A DNA stretch of 52,879 nucleotides from Pseudomonadota bacterium. Lineage in GTDB: Bacteria; Desulfobacterota; JADFVX01. Each line of letters starts with the position of its first letter. Positions within the stretch are counted from its first letter, which is position 1. A program made the position numbers and the translations under genes. The notes under the pieces were generated by a model. It had not been told where the DNA came from and made no database searches. It saw only the letters and a list, made by a program, of their open reading frames with translations. The stretch lies in contig JADFVX010000100.1 of NCBI GenBank assembly GCA_015222755.1, forward strand, positions 1-52,879, in the 5' to 3' direction. Shown in pieces: positions 17,586 through 26,383 of this stretch.

Positions 17586-20500
17586 TTTTTTCACGCCCTG
17601 AAAACTTGCTGACAACAGCTAAAATCTCTTTCTTCTTTGCCGGTTTGGCAATATGACCGGTGCAGCCTGCTTTCAGGCATTTATCAACCTCCTCTTTGAG
17701 AGCATGGGCGGTGAAGGCGATTATCGGGGTTTCATCCCTGCCGTTTTCTTTTTCCCATTTTCGTATCTCAGCCGTCGCCGTATAACCGTCCATAACTGGC
17801 ATCTGCATATCCATTAAAACTATATCATATTTCCCGGAGATAAACATTTGGACTGCTACCTCGCCATTCTCGGCCATATCGGTATTGCAGTGGGATTTCT
17901 TCAGAAAGGTTTTAAGGAGCAACCTGTTGTCCTCCGAATCATCAACTACCAGCATATTTAGCTTCTTAGCGGAATCACGGGTCGGGACAGTTTTGGCCTT
18001 CCCTTCCGGTTTCTCTTTTTTTCTTACTGCTTTGCCTTTTTCAGCTCCAACTTTCATGCTCACATTAAAGTGGAATGTGCTCCCTTCGCCCATCTTGCTC
18101 TCAAGCCACATCTTTCCGCCCATAACCTTGACCAGCTTTTTTGAGATGGTCAAGCCTAGTCCCGTTCCGCCGAATGTGCGGGTAGTGGATGAGTCGGCCT
18201 GGGTGAAGTCCTCGAATATGGCCTCCAGCTTTTCAGAAGGGATGCCTATCCCGGTATCGCTTACGGAGAAGGTCAATCTGCACTCCTCGCTAGGCTCAGA
18301 AGGCTTCTCACAGGCGACAGACACCTTTACCTCCCCTTTTTCAGTAAATTTGAACGCATTGCCCATGAGATTGATAAGCACCTGTCTCAAACGGACAGGA
18401 TCTCCGACTAAAAGCGAAGGGGTTCCCGGGGCGATAGCGGTAATCAGCCCTATCCCCTTTTCATGCGCCTTTATATCGAATATGCCTGTCACCTTTTCAA
18501 GCTCTTCAGGCAGATCAAATTCTAACTCTTCAAGGTCGATCCGCCCCGCCTCTATCTTGGACAGGTCAAGTATGTCGTTTACAAGAGCGAGCAGATTATC
18601 TCCGGCCTTTTGAAGACCCTTAAGGTATACCTCCTGATCATTATCAAGGCTGGTTTCAGAAAGAAGCTCGCTCATCCCCAGAATGCTTGACATCGGCGTC
18701 CTTATCTCGTGGCTCATATTTGCAAGAAACTCACTTTTCGCCTGGCTTGCCACCTCGGCTGCTTTTTTTGCGATTTTCAGCTTTTCCTCCGCCTCCTTGC
18801 GACCGGTAATATCCAGCCCGTATGCATAAACATAATTGGAACCCTGTACCGGGATAAAGGTGATTGAAAATATTTGCTCTCCGTGCTCGACTTCAACTTC
18901 CCTTGCTTCCCCTTTTTTATAGACTTCTTTTGTAAAAAAAGTCATGCCAGACATAAGACCGTTATCTTTAACTCCCCAGACATCGAGAATTGGTTTACTT
19001 GCCTCATTGGCATATAGAACTGTTCCATCACTGGAAATCTGCATTACAGGAAAGGGGTTTTCAGAAGGGAATTTTGCCAGGATCTCTATCTCTCTTTCAG
19101 CCTCTCTCCTTTCCGTTATATCATGGACCGTTCCGATCATCTTGGTCACCTTTCCATCCTTACCGAACTGCACCTCACCCTGCTCGTGGACTACCTTCTC
19201 GCTCCCGTCAGGCAGCACTATCCTGTGGTCTATGTTGTACAACTCTTCCTTTTTCAGTGCTTGGGCTATATTGCTTGCCACAATGTCTCTGTCTTCAAGG
19301 TGGATAGTGTTGAGGAAAATCTGGTAGGTCGGCTCAAAGGCTTGCGGCTCAAAGCCGAAGATGCGGAATATCTCATCGGACCAAGTGATGTTGCCCGTCT
19401 CGATCTCCCATTCCCAGTCCCCCATAGCGGCAATTTGCTGGGCATTTGCAAGCCTAGCTTGGCTTCCCCTTAGTGCTATTTGTGAGTTTTCCGCCATAAG
19501 CCGCGCCTCGTTGGCGTCATCCATCATGTTGACAGCTGCCGCCCTGGCGTCGGCGAGCTGCCGCATCCTTAGCAGCAGTTCCTCATTCTGGCTTTCAACT
19601 TTATCTATATATTCCTTATTTGCACTGTCTTCGGCTATTTTTTCACGAATCTCTATCTCCATCTGCCTTGATTTCTTCAGGCGTCTTTCAACCCGCCCCA
19701 GGACTATATAGAAGAAGATGGTCAACAATATCCCCGAAATGATAAATACTGTGCCGATAGATACAAGTGTGATGCGCAACATTTCGTAACGGTCTGTTAT
19801 GTCGGCCAGGACAGCCATGTCACCGATCTCCACTCCTGTAGAATTAATGATCGGAATCACTCCTATGTGGTAGAGCTTATTGTTAAGCCAGACCCTGTCA
19901 TTTTTAGCCAGTGAAGGATGTTCTTCTTCTGCGAAAATCTCGGAAAAGACCGGTAGAACGGCCTCCATGGATTGCTCCACGAGCACATATGCCCCGAACC
20001 TGTCCCACTCTGATACACTTATGTCGTTTGACATTAATAATTCCCACTCTTCCCTGCCTTTAATACCTGTAGTCTTGGATATAAAAAGGAAGGATTCAAC
20101 ATTAAGCATGTCCTTTAACCTATCGATGTAAACCCTGGAATCCTTCCCCATCTCGACATAACCGACTATCTCGCCATCGACACGCCAGGGGCAGACTACC
20201 CTCAGGCTAAAAGTGCCCAGAGGGCCAATCTCTATGCCGCGGGTGGTCTTTCCCGAGATTAATGAATCCTGCATAGTTTGGCGCTTGATAATATCCCCGT
20301 GATAATCAGGCCTGTGGACGCGAAGGAAGTTGACACCATTTTTGTCATGAAAATAGAAGTGAGATATTTGTTCGACATTTTTAAGTTCCTGTAAAAAAGG
20401 CAGGGCAAGATCAAGAAGTTTTCCCCGGTCCTTTGAAAGAAAGGCCTCCTTTAACTGAGCATTATTAAAGACAAAGTTGATATCTTTCTTTATAACATCG

Positions 20501-20718
20501 GCATCCGATATTAAACTATTTGTAAAGAGCTCATTGGCGACTTTGAGATCTCTGCTTGCATCTCTTTCCATCTCTTTCTGCTGCAACCAGAACACCCCGG
20601 CAGCAAAGAAGGCCATCAGGATGATAAAGGTCAGAAGAAGAGGAAGGAGTAGGCGCCTCCTGATATTCACGCCGCCTTTTCGACTTTTATTTTCCATCAT
20701 CTTGCTTCTCATGGCCAT
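17578..20718 (-). CDS. hybrid sensor histidine kinase (periplasmic Cache-type sensor, 2 PAS, HisKA, HATPase, REC)
   Basis: The 'SHFYFHDKNGVNFLRVHRPDYHGD' Cache_3-Cache_2-like sensor sits between two TM segments. Also present: the H-box 'SHEIRTPMSSILG', 'GTGLGLTISKKLV', and a C-terminal receiver 'IVLMDMQMPVMDG'. The start is uncertain (ATGs at 20697/20700/20712/20718; the track start is 20784). Confidence 0.9.
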   Translation of the reverse strand: MAMRSKMMENKSRKGGVNIRRRLLLPLLLTFIILMAFFAAGVFWLQQKEMERDASRDLKVANELFTNSLISDADVIKKDINFVFNNAQLKEAFLSKDRGKLLDLALPFLQELKNVEQISHFYFHDKNGVNFLRVHRPDYHGDIIKRQTMQDSLISGKTTRGIEIGPLGTFSLRVVCPWRVDGEIVGYVEMGKDSRVYIDRLKDMLNVESFLFISKTTGIKGREEWELLMSNDISVSEWDRFGAYVLVEQSMEAVLPVFSEIFAEEEHPSLAKNDRVWLNNKLYHIGVIPIINSTGVEIGDMAVLADITDRYEMLRITLVSIGTVFIISGILLTIFFYIVLGRVERRLKKSRQMEIEIREKIAEDSANKEYIDKVESQNEELLLRMRQLADARAAAVNMMDDANEARLMAENSQIALRGSQARLANAQQIAAMGDWEWEIETGNITWSDEIFRIFGFEPQAFEPTYQIFLNTIHLEDRDIVASNIAQALKKEELYNIDHRIVLPDGSEKVVHEQGEVQFGKDGKVTKMIGTVHDITERREAEREIEILAKFPSENPFPVMQISSDGTVLYANEASKPILDVWGVKDNGLMSGMTFFTKEVYKKGEAREVEVEHGEQIFSITFIPVQGSNYVYAYGLDITGRKEAEEKLKIAKKAAEVASQAKSEFLANMSHEIRTPMSSILGMSELLSETSLDNDQEVYLKGLQKAGDNLLALVNDILDLSKIEAGRIDLEELEFDLPEELEKVTGIFDIKAHEKGIGLITAIAPGTPSLLVGDPVRLRQVLINLMGNAFKFTEKGEVKVSVACEKPSEPSEECRLTFSVSDTGIGIPSEKLEAIFEDFTQADSSTTRTFGGTGLGLTISKKLVKVMGGKMWLESKMGEGSTFHFNVSMKVGAEKGKAVRKKEKPEGKAKTVPTRDSAKKLNMLVVDDSEDNRLLLKTFLKKSHCNTDMAENGEVAVQMFISGKYDIVLMDMQMPVMDGYTATAEIRKWEKENGRDETPIIAFTAHALKEEVDKCLKAGCTGHIAKPAKKKEILAVVSKFSGREKNG

Positions 20719-21610
20719 GCAACATGTACCTTTCTTCTTTCCCCATAGTATGAAGCAGGGTATTGATTTCCGACTTGAGCTCAATCATCCTTTTTTCGCG
20801 GCCCACTGACAGGCGGTTGAATTGCTCCAGCTCATTTATATTTTTTTTCAACTCTTTTTCAGCCCTTTTCCGCTCAATCGTTTCGGCCAGCACCGCCGTT
20901 ATTGAAGACAGAAACTCTATTTCTACCTCATTTTCTTTATGGCCCTCTTTGACATAGAGGTTAAGAACTCCCAACACCCTGCCACCGGCAGATATGGGGA
21001 AGCAGTAATGGCCGTGGCTGCTAATCCCTTCATATCTTATTTCATGGCGGTCATCAATCCTGTCGGCAAATATAATCTCATTCGTTTTTGCCGCACGTCC
21101 ACAGATACACCTGCCAAAGGGAACTTTGGAGCATGTTCTCAGGATATCTTCGGGGAGACCTTTATGTATTTTCATGATCAACATGTCAGGCTTATCTTCC
21201 ACAAGGAATATACAAGCCCTCTGCTCAAAGGAAAGCCATGGGAGTGAAAGAATATGGTCAAGCGTACGATCCAGATGTTCCTCCAGTGAAATAGCTTGTA
21301 AAGACAGATCTAAAATGGAGTTTATAGTCTCTTGAGTTTGCTGATTTTGTTCGAGCTTTTCATTGTATTGCTTAACCTTGAGATTGTTTAACATCAGGGT
21401 GCGGAATGAGAGATAGTAGAGTAGCGGAAACAATGCCAGGACAAGCAATGATCCGTCGATGACAGCCTCCCAAAAGGCTGACATAAGATGCAGCCTGGGA
21501 AGTAAAAGCATTATTAATGTCTCTATGATAAATACAGAAATCAAAGTAACTAAAAAGAACCTGAGTGTAGTGTCCACTTTTATCAAAGCTCTTTTTGGTG
21601 TCTCCTTCAT
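20687..21610 (-). CDS. membrane-anchored GAF-domain protein without output domain
   Basis: Start moved to ATG 21610 (GGAGGAAG lies 4 nt upstream). Order: two N-terminal TM segments, a coiled coil, a GAF domain with 'FGRCICGRAAK...HGHYCFPI..GGRVLGVLNLY', then a C-terminal coiled coil 'ELEQFNRLSVGREKRMIELKSEINTLL'. Confidence 0.8.
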   Translation of the reverse strand: MKETPKRALIKVDTTLRFFLVTLISVFIIETLIMLLLPRLHLMSAFWEAVIDGSLLVLALFPLLYYLSFRTLMLNNLKVKQYNEKLEQNQQTQETINSILDLSLQAISLEEHLDRTLDHILSLPWLSFEQRACIFLVEDKPDMLIMKIHKGLPEDILRTCSKVPFGRCICGRAAKTNEIIFADRIDDRHEIRYEGISSHGHYCFPISAGGRVLGVLNLYVKEGHKENEVEIEFLSSITAVLAETIERKRAEKELKKNINELEQFNRLSVGREKRMIELKSEINTLLHTMGKEERYMLHGHEKQDDGK

Positions 21611-21774
21611 TGAACTTCCTCCGACAATCCATTTCCCTTGCCTTTCTTTCAATGCTGCATCTTAAAATCTAATATCAACATAGCGATACATTTCATTTGA
21701 CTTGGCAATGATTAAAACTCTTCTTTATATGATGTGAAAGCTGCTTGAATGATTCGAAAAGATGTATGGATTTT

Positions 21775-22794
21775 TTATGTGTTTTCTTCCTGCTGCAAAG
21801 CTGCCTTTACTCTGTTCCGCCCTTCCTCCTTGGCCCTGTAGAGTGCCTTGTCTGCAGCGTCAATCAAATCTGAAGGGGCTGAGCCTTCAGATGGAATCAT
21901 AGTGGCAGTTCCAAGGCTTACAGTAACATGGTCTGCAACCTTAGATGTCTCATGCTGCAGCCCCATAGACTCTGCAGCCTTGCGAAGGTCTTCTGCTATC
22001 TTGAGGGCACCCTCCTCATTTGTCTCCGGGAGAATGACCGCAAACTCTTCACCCCCATAACGGGCAAGAGAATCTGCGGGTCGGTGAAGCGTCTTCTTAA
22101 AACTGTTGGCAACGCTTATAAGACACTCATCTCCAGCCAGGTGTCCATAGGTATCATTGTAAAACTTGAAAAAATCTATATCCAAAAGAATAAGGGAAAG
22201 AGGGGTCACACTCCGGCGCCCACGGTTCCACTCCTCTTCCAGGCGCTCATCAAAACCGCGCCTGTTGGAAATACCTGTAAGTCCATCAAGGGAAGAAAGC
22301 TCCTTAAGACGTTCATTAGCGCTGAACAGAGCCCTGTTCAATTCTACAAGTTCCAATTCTCTAGCTTTACGCTGGTCCGTCTCTTTCTTAAGTTTTAAAA
22401 TGGATCGGACCCTGGCCAAAAGTTCTATTTTATTAAGCGGTTTGGACAGATAGTCGATTGCGCCCGAATCAAAAGCAACCTCGAGCAGCTTAGACTCATC
22501 AATGGCTGTAGTCATAACTATGGGGATATCCTTGTGCTGCTCGGACGCCTTAACAATACGGCAAAACTCGATTCCATCCATTTCAGGCATCACAACATCA
22601 AGCAGTATAATGTCAACATCAAGGTTCTTTTTTTTAGAGGGTGCTGATTTCAGGCCTTCACATGGGATATCGAGGAGGGCGAGCGCCTCAAGGGCTGAGT
22701 CAGCCAGAAGAATATCTTTATAGCCGGCCGAATTTAAAAAGGTCTTGATCAGCAGTCTTACATCTTCTGAATCATCGACAACCAGTATAGACAT
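21775..22794 (-). CDS. response regulator-diguanylate cyclase (REC-GGDEF, PleD/WspR-like)
   Basis: It has 'ILVVDDSEDV', 'IILLDVVMPEMDG', a coiled-coil linker, and a GGDEF domain with 'RYGGEEF' and 'RRGF'. Confidence 0.92.
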   Translation of the reverse strand: MSILVVDDSEDVRLLIKTFLNSAGYKDILLADSALEALALLDIPCEGLKSAPSKKKNLDVDIILLDVVMPEMDGIEFCRIVKASEQHKDIPIVMTTAIDESKLLEVAFDSGAIDYLSKPLNKIELLARVRSILKLKKETDQRKARELELVELNRALFSANERLKELSSLDGLTGISNRRGFDERLEEEWNRGRRSVTPLSLILLDIDFFKFYNDTYGHLAGDECLISVANSFKKTLHRPADSLARYGGEEFAVILPETNEEGALKIAEDLRKAAESMGLQHETSKVADHVTVSLGTATMIPSEGSAPSDLIDAADKALYRAKEEGRNRVKAALQQEENT

Positions 22795-22830
22795 TATCCC
22801 CCCTTTTTGTCTTTTCAGCAGGTACTCAAT

Positions 22831-23448
22831 TTAATCAGTCCGATCTACCCCCCAAGGCCGGAAAAGCTTATGCTCCACAGCAATTTGATCCAGAAGTTTT
22901 CCTACTACAAAATCCACTAAATCTTCCATTGTCTCAGGTTTTTGATAAAAGGCCGGCATGGCAGGAACTATCCTTGCACCCATACGAGACAGTTTCAACA
23001 TGTTTTCCAAGTGTATATCGTTAAGCGGTGTTTCCCTCGGAAGCAGGACAAGGGTCCCACGTTCCTTCAGCACAACATCGGCAGCCCGCTCGATTAAGTT
23101 CCCCGACATGCCATTTGCTATACGGCCAAGGGTTCCCATGGAGCAGGGGGCAATAAGCATTGTACCGCGACCGGCAGACCCGCTGGCCATGGGCGAAAAA
23201 AAATTCTTATTATCGTAGTATGTCAGTTCTTCAGCGACTCCGAAATGCTCCCTTATTTTTTTATTCAGTAAAGCTTCATCACCTTGCCAATCAATGCCTC
23301 TTTCTTCTTTTATAACTATAAAGCCTGGAATTGATATAAGCAAGTTTACCCTCCTGGATGCAGCAAGAAGTTGCTCAACCAGCCTTAGGCCATAGATGGA
23401 GCCGCTTGCACCTGTTATTGCTACCGTTACCGGGTTTTCTTCGCTCAT
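22831..23448 (-). CDS. ubiX: flavin prenyltransferase UbiX (prFMN synthase)
   Basis: 205 aa. 'VAITGASGSIYGLRLVEQL', 'APCSMGTL..IANG' and 'ERAADVVLKE' fit the UbiX/Pad1 family. Confidence 0.9.
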   Translation of the reverse strand: MSEENPVTVAITGASGSIYGLRLVEQLLAASRRVNLLISIPGFIVIKEERGIDWQGDEALLNKKIREHFGVAEELTYYDNKNFFSPMASGSAGRGTMLIAPCSMGTLGRIANGMSGNLIERAADVVLKERGTLVLLPRETPLNDIHLENMLKLSRMGARIVPAMPAFYQKPETMEDLVDFVVGKLLDQIAVEHKLFRPWGVDRTD

Positions 23449-24791
23449 AAGTTCACCTTGTCTGCCTCAATGATTTCTCCCACCAGATCATAGGGGTGCG
23501 CCTCGCTTATAAATACCGATTTAATATCTCCAACTTCAGCCTGACCGGCATTTATGTATGTTATACCGTCTATTTCAGGGGCCTGAAAAGTGGCCCTGCC
23601 CTGCAAGAGCAGGTCGGTCTCTTCACTTAGTCCTTCTACAAGCACATCGACTTTTTTACCCACATGCCGCTCGTTCCGCTCAAGAGATATTCTCTGCTGA
23701 AGTTCCATCAGCCTGTTGTACCTCTCCTCTTTTATCTCTTCAGGTACCTGCCCCGGCATACTTCCAGCCGGCGTTCCCTCCTCCTGAGAATAGGTAAACA
23801 CCCCGAGGTGATCAAAGCGGGTCTCTTCAACAAAGCCCATCAGGTTCTCAAATTCTTTTTCTGTCTCACCTGGGAAACCTACTATAAAAGCGCTTCTCAA
23901 GGTCACATCCGGTATCCGGTCTCTAAGCCTGGCAACGAGCGCACGGATCATCTTTTCTCGTGTACCTCGCTTCATGCCCTTAAGTATCTTGTCATCTATA
24001 TGCTGCAGGGGCAGGTCAATATATTTAACTATTTTCTTCTGGGACGCTATAAGCTCAATAAGACCATCACTTAGAAGCGTAGGATAACAGTAAAGAAGCC
24101 TGAGCCATTCCACTCCCTCTACTACTGAAAGCTTTTCAAGAAGATTTTTCAGTGTAGTGGATGGCGTCAGGTCTCTCCCATAGGCAGTTGTATCCTGCGC
24201 CACAATATTGAATTCCTTTACCCCTCTTGCTGCAAGTTTTTTCACCTCTTCCACAATGGATGTCTCACTTCGACTCCTGAAATCACCCCGCAATTTTGGG
24301 ATGATGCAAAAAGTACAAGGATTAGAACAACCCTCAGCGATTTTTATATAGGATGAATAGAAAGGTGTTGTAGATACCCTGGGAGTATTATAATCGTGCA
24401 GATACTCCGGCACCCCTGCGGCAACAATCTGCCCCTCTTCCTCAGTTTTCCTTACAAGTTCAGCTACCCTCTGGTACTCGCCAGTCCCCACAAAAAGATC
24501 GACTTCGGGAAGCTCTTCCTTGAGCTGTCCCTGGTAGCGCTGCGTAAGACATCCAGCAACTACAAGCAGCCTGCACCTGCCGCTTACCTTGTAGGAGGCA
24601 TACTCCATAATGGCATCTACCGACTCTGTAGTAGCCTTCTCTATGAAGGTGCACGTATTTATTATGATAATCTCTGCATTGGCCGGATTATCAGTCATTC
24701 CATAGCCAACCTCACCCAGCAAACCGAGAATCACCTCGGAATCGACCCTGTTCTTTGGGCAGCCAAGGCTTACCATTGCGATATTTTCCAA
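23445..24791 (-). CDS. rimO: ribosomal protein S12 methylthiotransferase RimO
   Basis: It has an MTTase N-domain 'VSLGCPKNRVDSE', the radical-SAM motif 'CSNPCTFC' and a C-terminal TRAM domain. It overlaps ubiX by 4 nt. The start is uncertain: TTG 24791 (GGGAG upstream) is preferred; the track start TTG 24851 and ATG 24776 remain possible. Confidence 0.9.
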   Translation of the reverse strand: MENIAMVSLGCPKNRVDSEVILGLLGEVGYGMTDNPANAEIIIINTCTFIEKATTESVDAIMEYASYKVSGRCRLLVVAGCLTQRYQGQLKEELPEVDLFVGTGEYQRVAELVRKTEEEGQIVAAGVPEYLHDYNTPRVSTTPFYSSYIKIAEGCSNPCTFCIIPKLRGDFRSRSETSIVEEVKKLAARGVKEFNIVAQDTTAYGRDLTPSTTLKNLLEKLSVVEGVEWLRLLYCYPTLLSDGLIELIASQKKIVKYIDLPLQHIDDKILKGMKRGTREKMIRALVARLRDRIPDVTLRSAFIVGFPGETEKEFENLMGFVEETRFDHLGVFTYSQEEGTPAGSMPGQVPEEIKEERYNRLMELQQRISLERNERHVGKKVDVLVEGLSEETDLLLQGRATFQAPEIDGITYINAGQAEVGDIKSVFISEAHPYDLVGEIIEADKVNL

Positions 24792-24927
24792 AAAAATTTT
24801 CTCCCTGACTTGATTGTATCTGATGGTAGCAAAGGGCAACAGCCTTGTCAAACAAGGGTTTTATCCTTGACTTAAAAGCAAGCGATAGGCTAAATTTAAC
24901 ACCTCTTAAACTCTTAATTTTATAAGC

Positions 24928-25521
24928 GTGCTTACCTACCTTAAAAACTGCAAATGTGCATTCAAAATTGAACCGCTCGAAGATAGCTGGTTTGATCTGG
25001 ATGAGCTTGACAAGCACCACCTCTTGAAGCCGCTTTCTCCAACTGCACGACTTCTGCTTACTTCTGACGGTTCTATGACCCAGATGTTGGAGGCCCTCAC
25101 TTTTTCTTCCGCTTCAATGTACATTGAAAAACAGGGACTGCTGCCTGCAGGCCATACATTACCCGACCTTATCAGCAGAGCAGATACAAAGGAAGTGCTG
25201 GACAGAGAGGCCTGGCTCTACGCAGGCGGCAAAAAACTTATATATGCTCACTCCCTTCTCACTGTTTCAGAAAGAAACGATACCGCCATAGACTCAATAA
25301 AAGAAACAAACAAACCTTTAGGGAAAGTATTAAGGGAGGACTGCGTAAAAACATTGAGAACGTCGTGCCGGATAGGAACCGTAAAAAGCATCAGCATTAG
25401 CACCAGCTTCGGCATTAGCCCTGAAACAATCCTGTGGGCAAGGCACTACAAGCTAAACACCGATTCCGGGATAGAGGGAATCATCTTTGAGCTTTTCAGT
25501 CCCGAATTACTTGAGCAGTAA
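24928..25521 (+). CDS. chorismate lyase-like (UbiC/DUF98 family) protein
   Basis: 'ARLLLTSDGSMTQMLEAL' matches the UbiC/DUF98 N-terminal signature. The ORF has a GTG start and the true start is uncertain. Confidence 0.55.
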   Translation: MLTYLKNCKCAFKIEPLEDSWFDLDELDKHHLLKPLSPTARLLLTSDGSMTQMLEALTFSSASMYIEKQGLLPAGHTLPDLISRADTKEVLDREAWLYAGGKKLIYAHSLLTVSERNDTAIDSIKETNKPLGKVLREDCVKTLRTSCRIGTVKSISISTSFGISPETILWARHYKLNTDSGIEGIIFELFSPELLEQ

Positions 25522-25556
25522 AAACCCGTCCTTTTTACCTCCGAAGGCGTTTTCCC

Positions 25557-25585
25557 TTGACTTTGCGACGTATTTTTTTTATTAT
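25557..25585 (+). promoter_or_regulatory. sigma70-type promoter candidate for the yceD-rpmF-plsX-fab operon
   Basis: TTGACT (25557-25562), a 17-nt spacer, then TATTAT (25580-25585), about 25 nt upstream of the yceD start. Confidence 0.45.
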
Positions 25586-25611
25586 TTCGCTTTTAGCTTG
25601 GGAGATATATC

Positions 25612-26145
25612 TTGAAGATTAACTTTGAGGAGATTCCTGAAGAAGGGACCCTGGATGTCGATTTTCTTGAGAATGAATCGGAGATCAATAAGCTCTTAGA
25701 CGAAGGCAATGACGGCGATTTCTCTTTCAACTCTCCGGCTAAAGGTTCTTTCAGACTTTCCAAAAGGGGCAAAACGGTATTTGTATCCCTGCATATAGAA
25801 GGGCTTGTCCGGGCCAGATGTTCCCAGTGCCTTGTTGATTTTGAACAAAAAATAGATCTCAGCAATGATGTGAGCCTCTTTCCAGAGGAGGGAAAAGAAG
25901 AGACAAAGGAGCTCGACCTCACAAATGAAGAGCTAGAAAAAAACTTTTATGCCGGCAACAGCATAGACCTTGCGAAGTTGCTTTGTGAAGAGATTGTCCT
26001 TTATTTACCTTTCAATCCACGATGCAGTGATAATTGCAAGGGACTATGCCCTTCTTGCGGGAAGAACCTGAACGAAGGGAAGTGTAACTGTACCGGAAGA
26101 AGCAAGGAGAATCCTTTTTCAGTACTGAAGGGCCTTAAATTTTAG
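25612..26145 (+). CDS. yceD: YceD/DUF177 family protein (large-subunit rRNA accumulation protein)
   Basis: 177 aa with a TTG start and an acidic composition. The C-terminal 'C.D.CKGLCP.CG.NLN...C.C' zinc-ribbon-like motif and the conserved position upstream of rpmF-plsX support the call. Confidence 0.8.
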   Translation: MKINFEEIPEEGTLDVDFLENESEINKLLDEGNDGDFSFNSPAKGSFRLSKRGKTVFVSLHIEGLVRARCSQCLVDFEQKIDLSNDVSLFPEEGKEETKELDLTNEELEKNFYAGNSIDLAKLLCEEIVLYLPFNPRCSDNCKGLCPSCGKNLNEGKCNCTGRSKENPFSVLKGLKF

Positions 26146-26185
26146 CAGCACAAACTATATAAACCATTTAAAGAGTAGGTAAGAC

Positions 26186-26365
26186 ATGGCAGTTCCAAAG
26201 CAAAAAATATCCAAGGCAAGAAAAAATAAAAGAAGAAGTCACCACGCACTAACATCACCTAATGTTATCGAATGCCCTGAATGCAAGGAGCCAAAACAGT
26301 CTCACAGGGCATGTCCGAGCTGTGGACACTATAACGGCAGGCAGGTCATTTCCGTCGAAGGATAA
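26186..26365 (+). CDS. rpmF: 50S ribosomal protein L32
   Basis: My own translation gives MAVPKQKISKARKNKRRSHHALTSPNVIECPECKEPKQSHRACPSCGHYNGRQVISVEG* (59 aa), so it falls below the ORF-track cutoff. It has the canonical 'MAVPK..S..R...RR.H' start and CxxC...CxxC, and sits between yceD and plsX. Confidence 0.93.
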   Translation: MAVPKQKISKARKNKRRSHHALTSPNVIECPECKEPKQSHRACPSCGHYNGRQVISVEG

Positions 26366-26383
26366 TATCCGGGCGGCGATAAT

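Noticed and set aside
17885-18613. 242-aa plus-strand ORF inside the hybrid kinase
   Set aside because: It is antisense to the HisKA/HATPase/REC region, whose motifs are intact on the minus strand. The product is Ser/Phe/Pro-rich and has no motifs.
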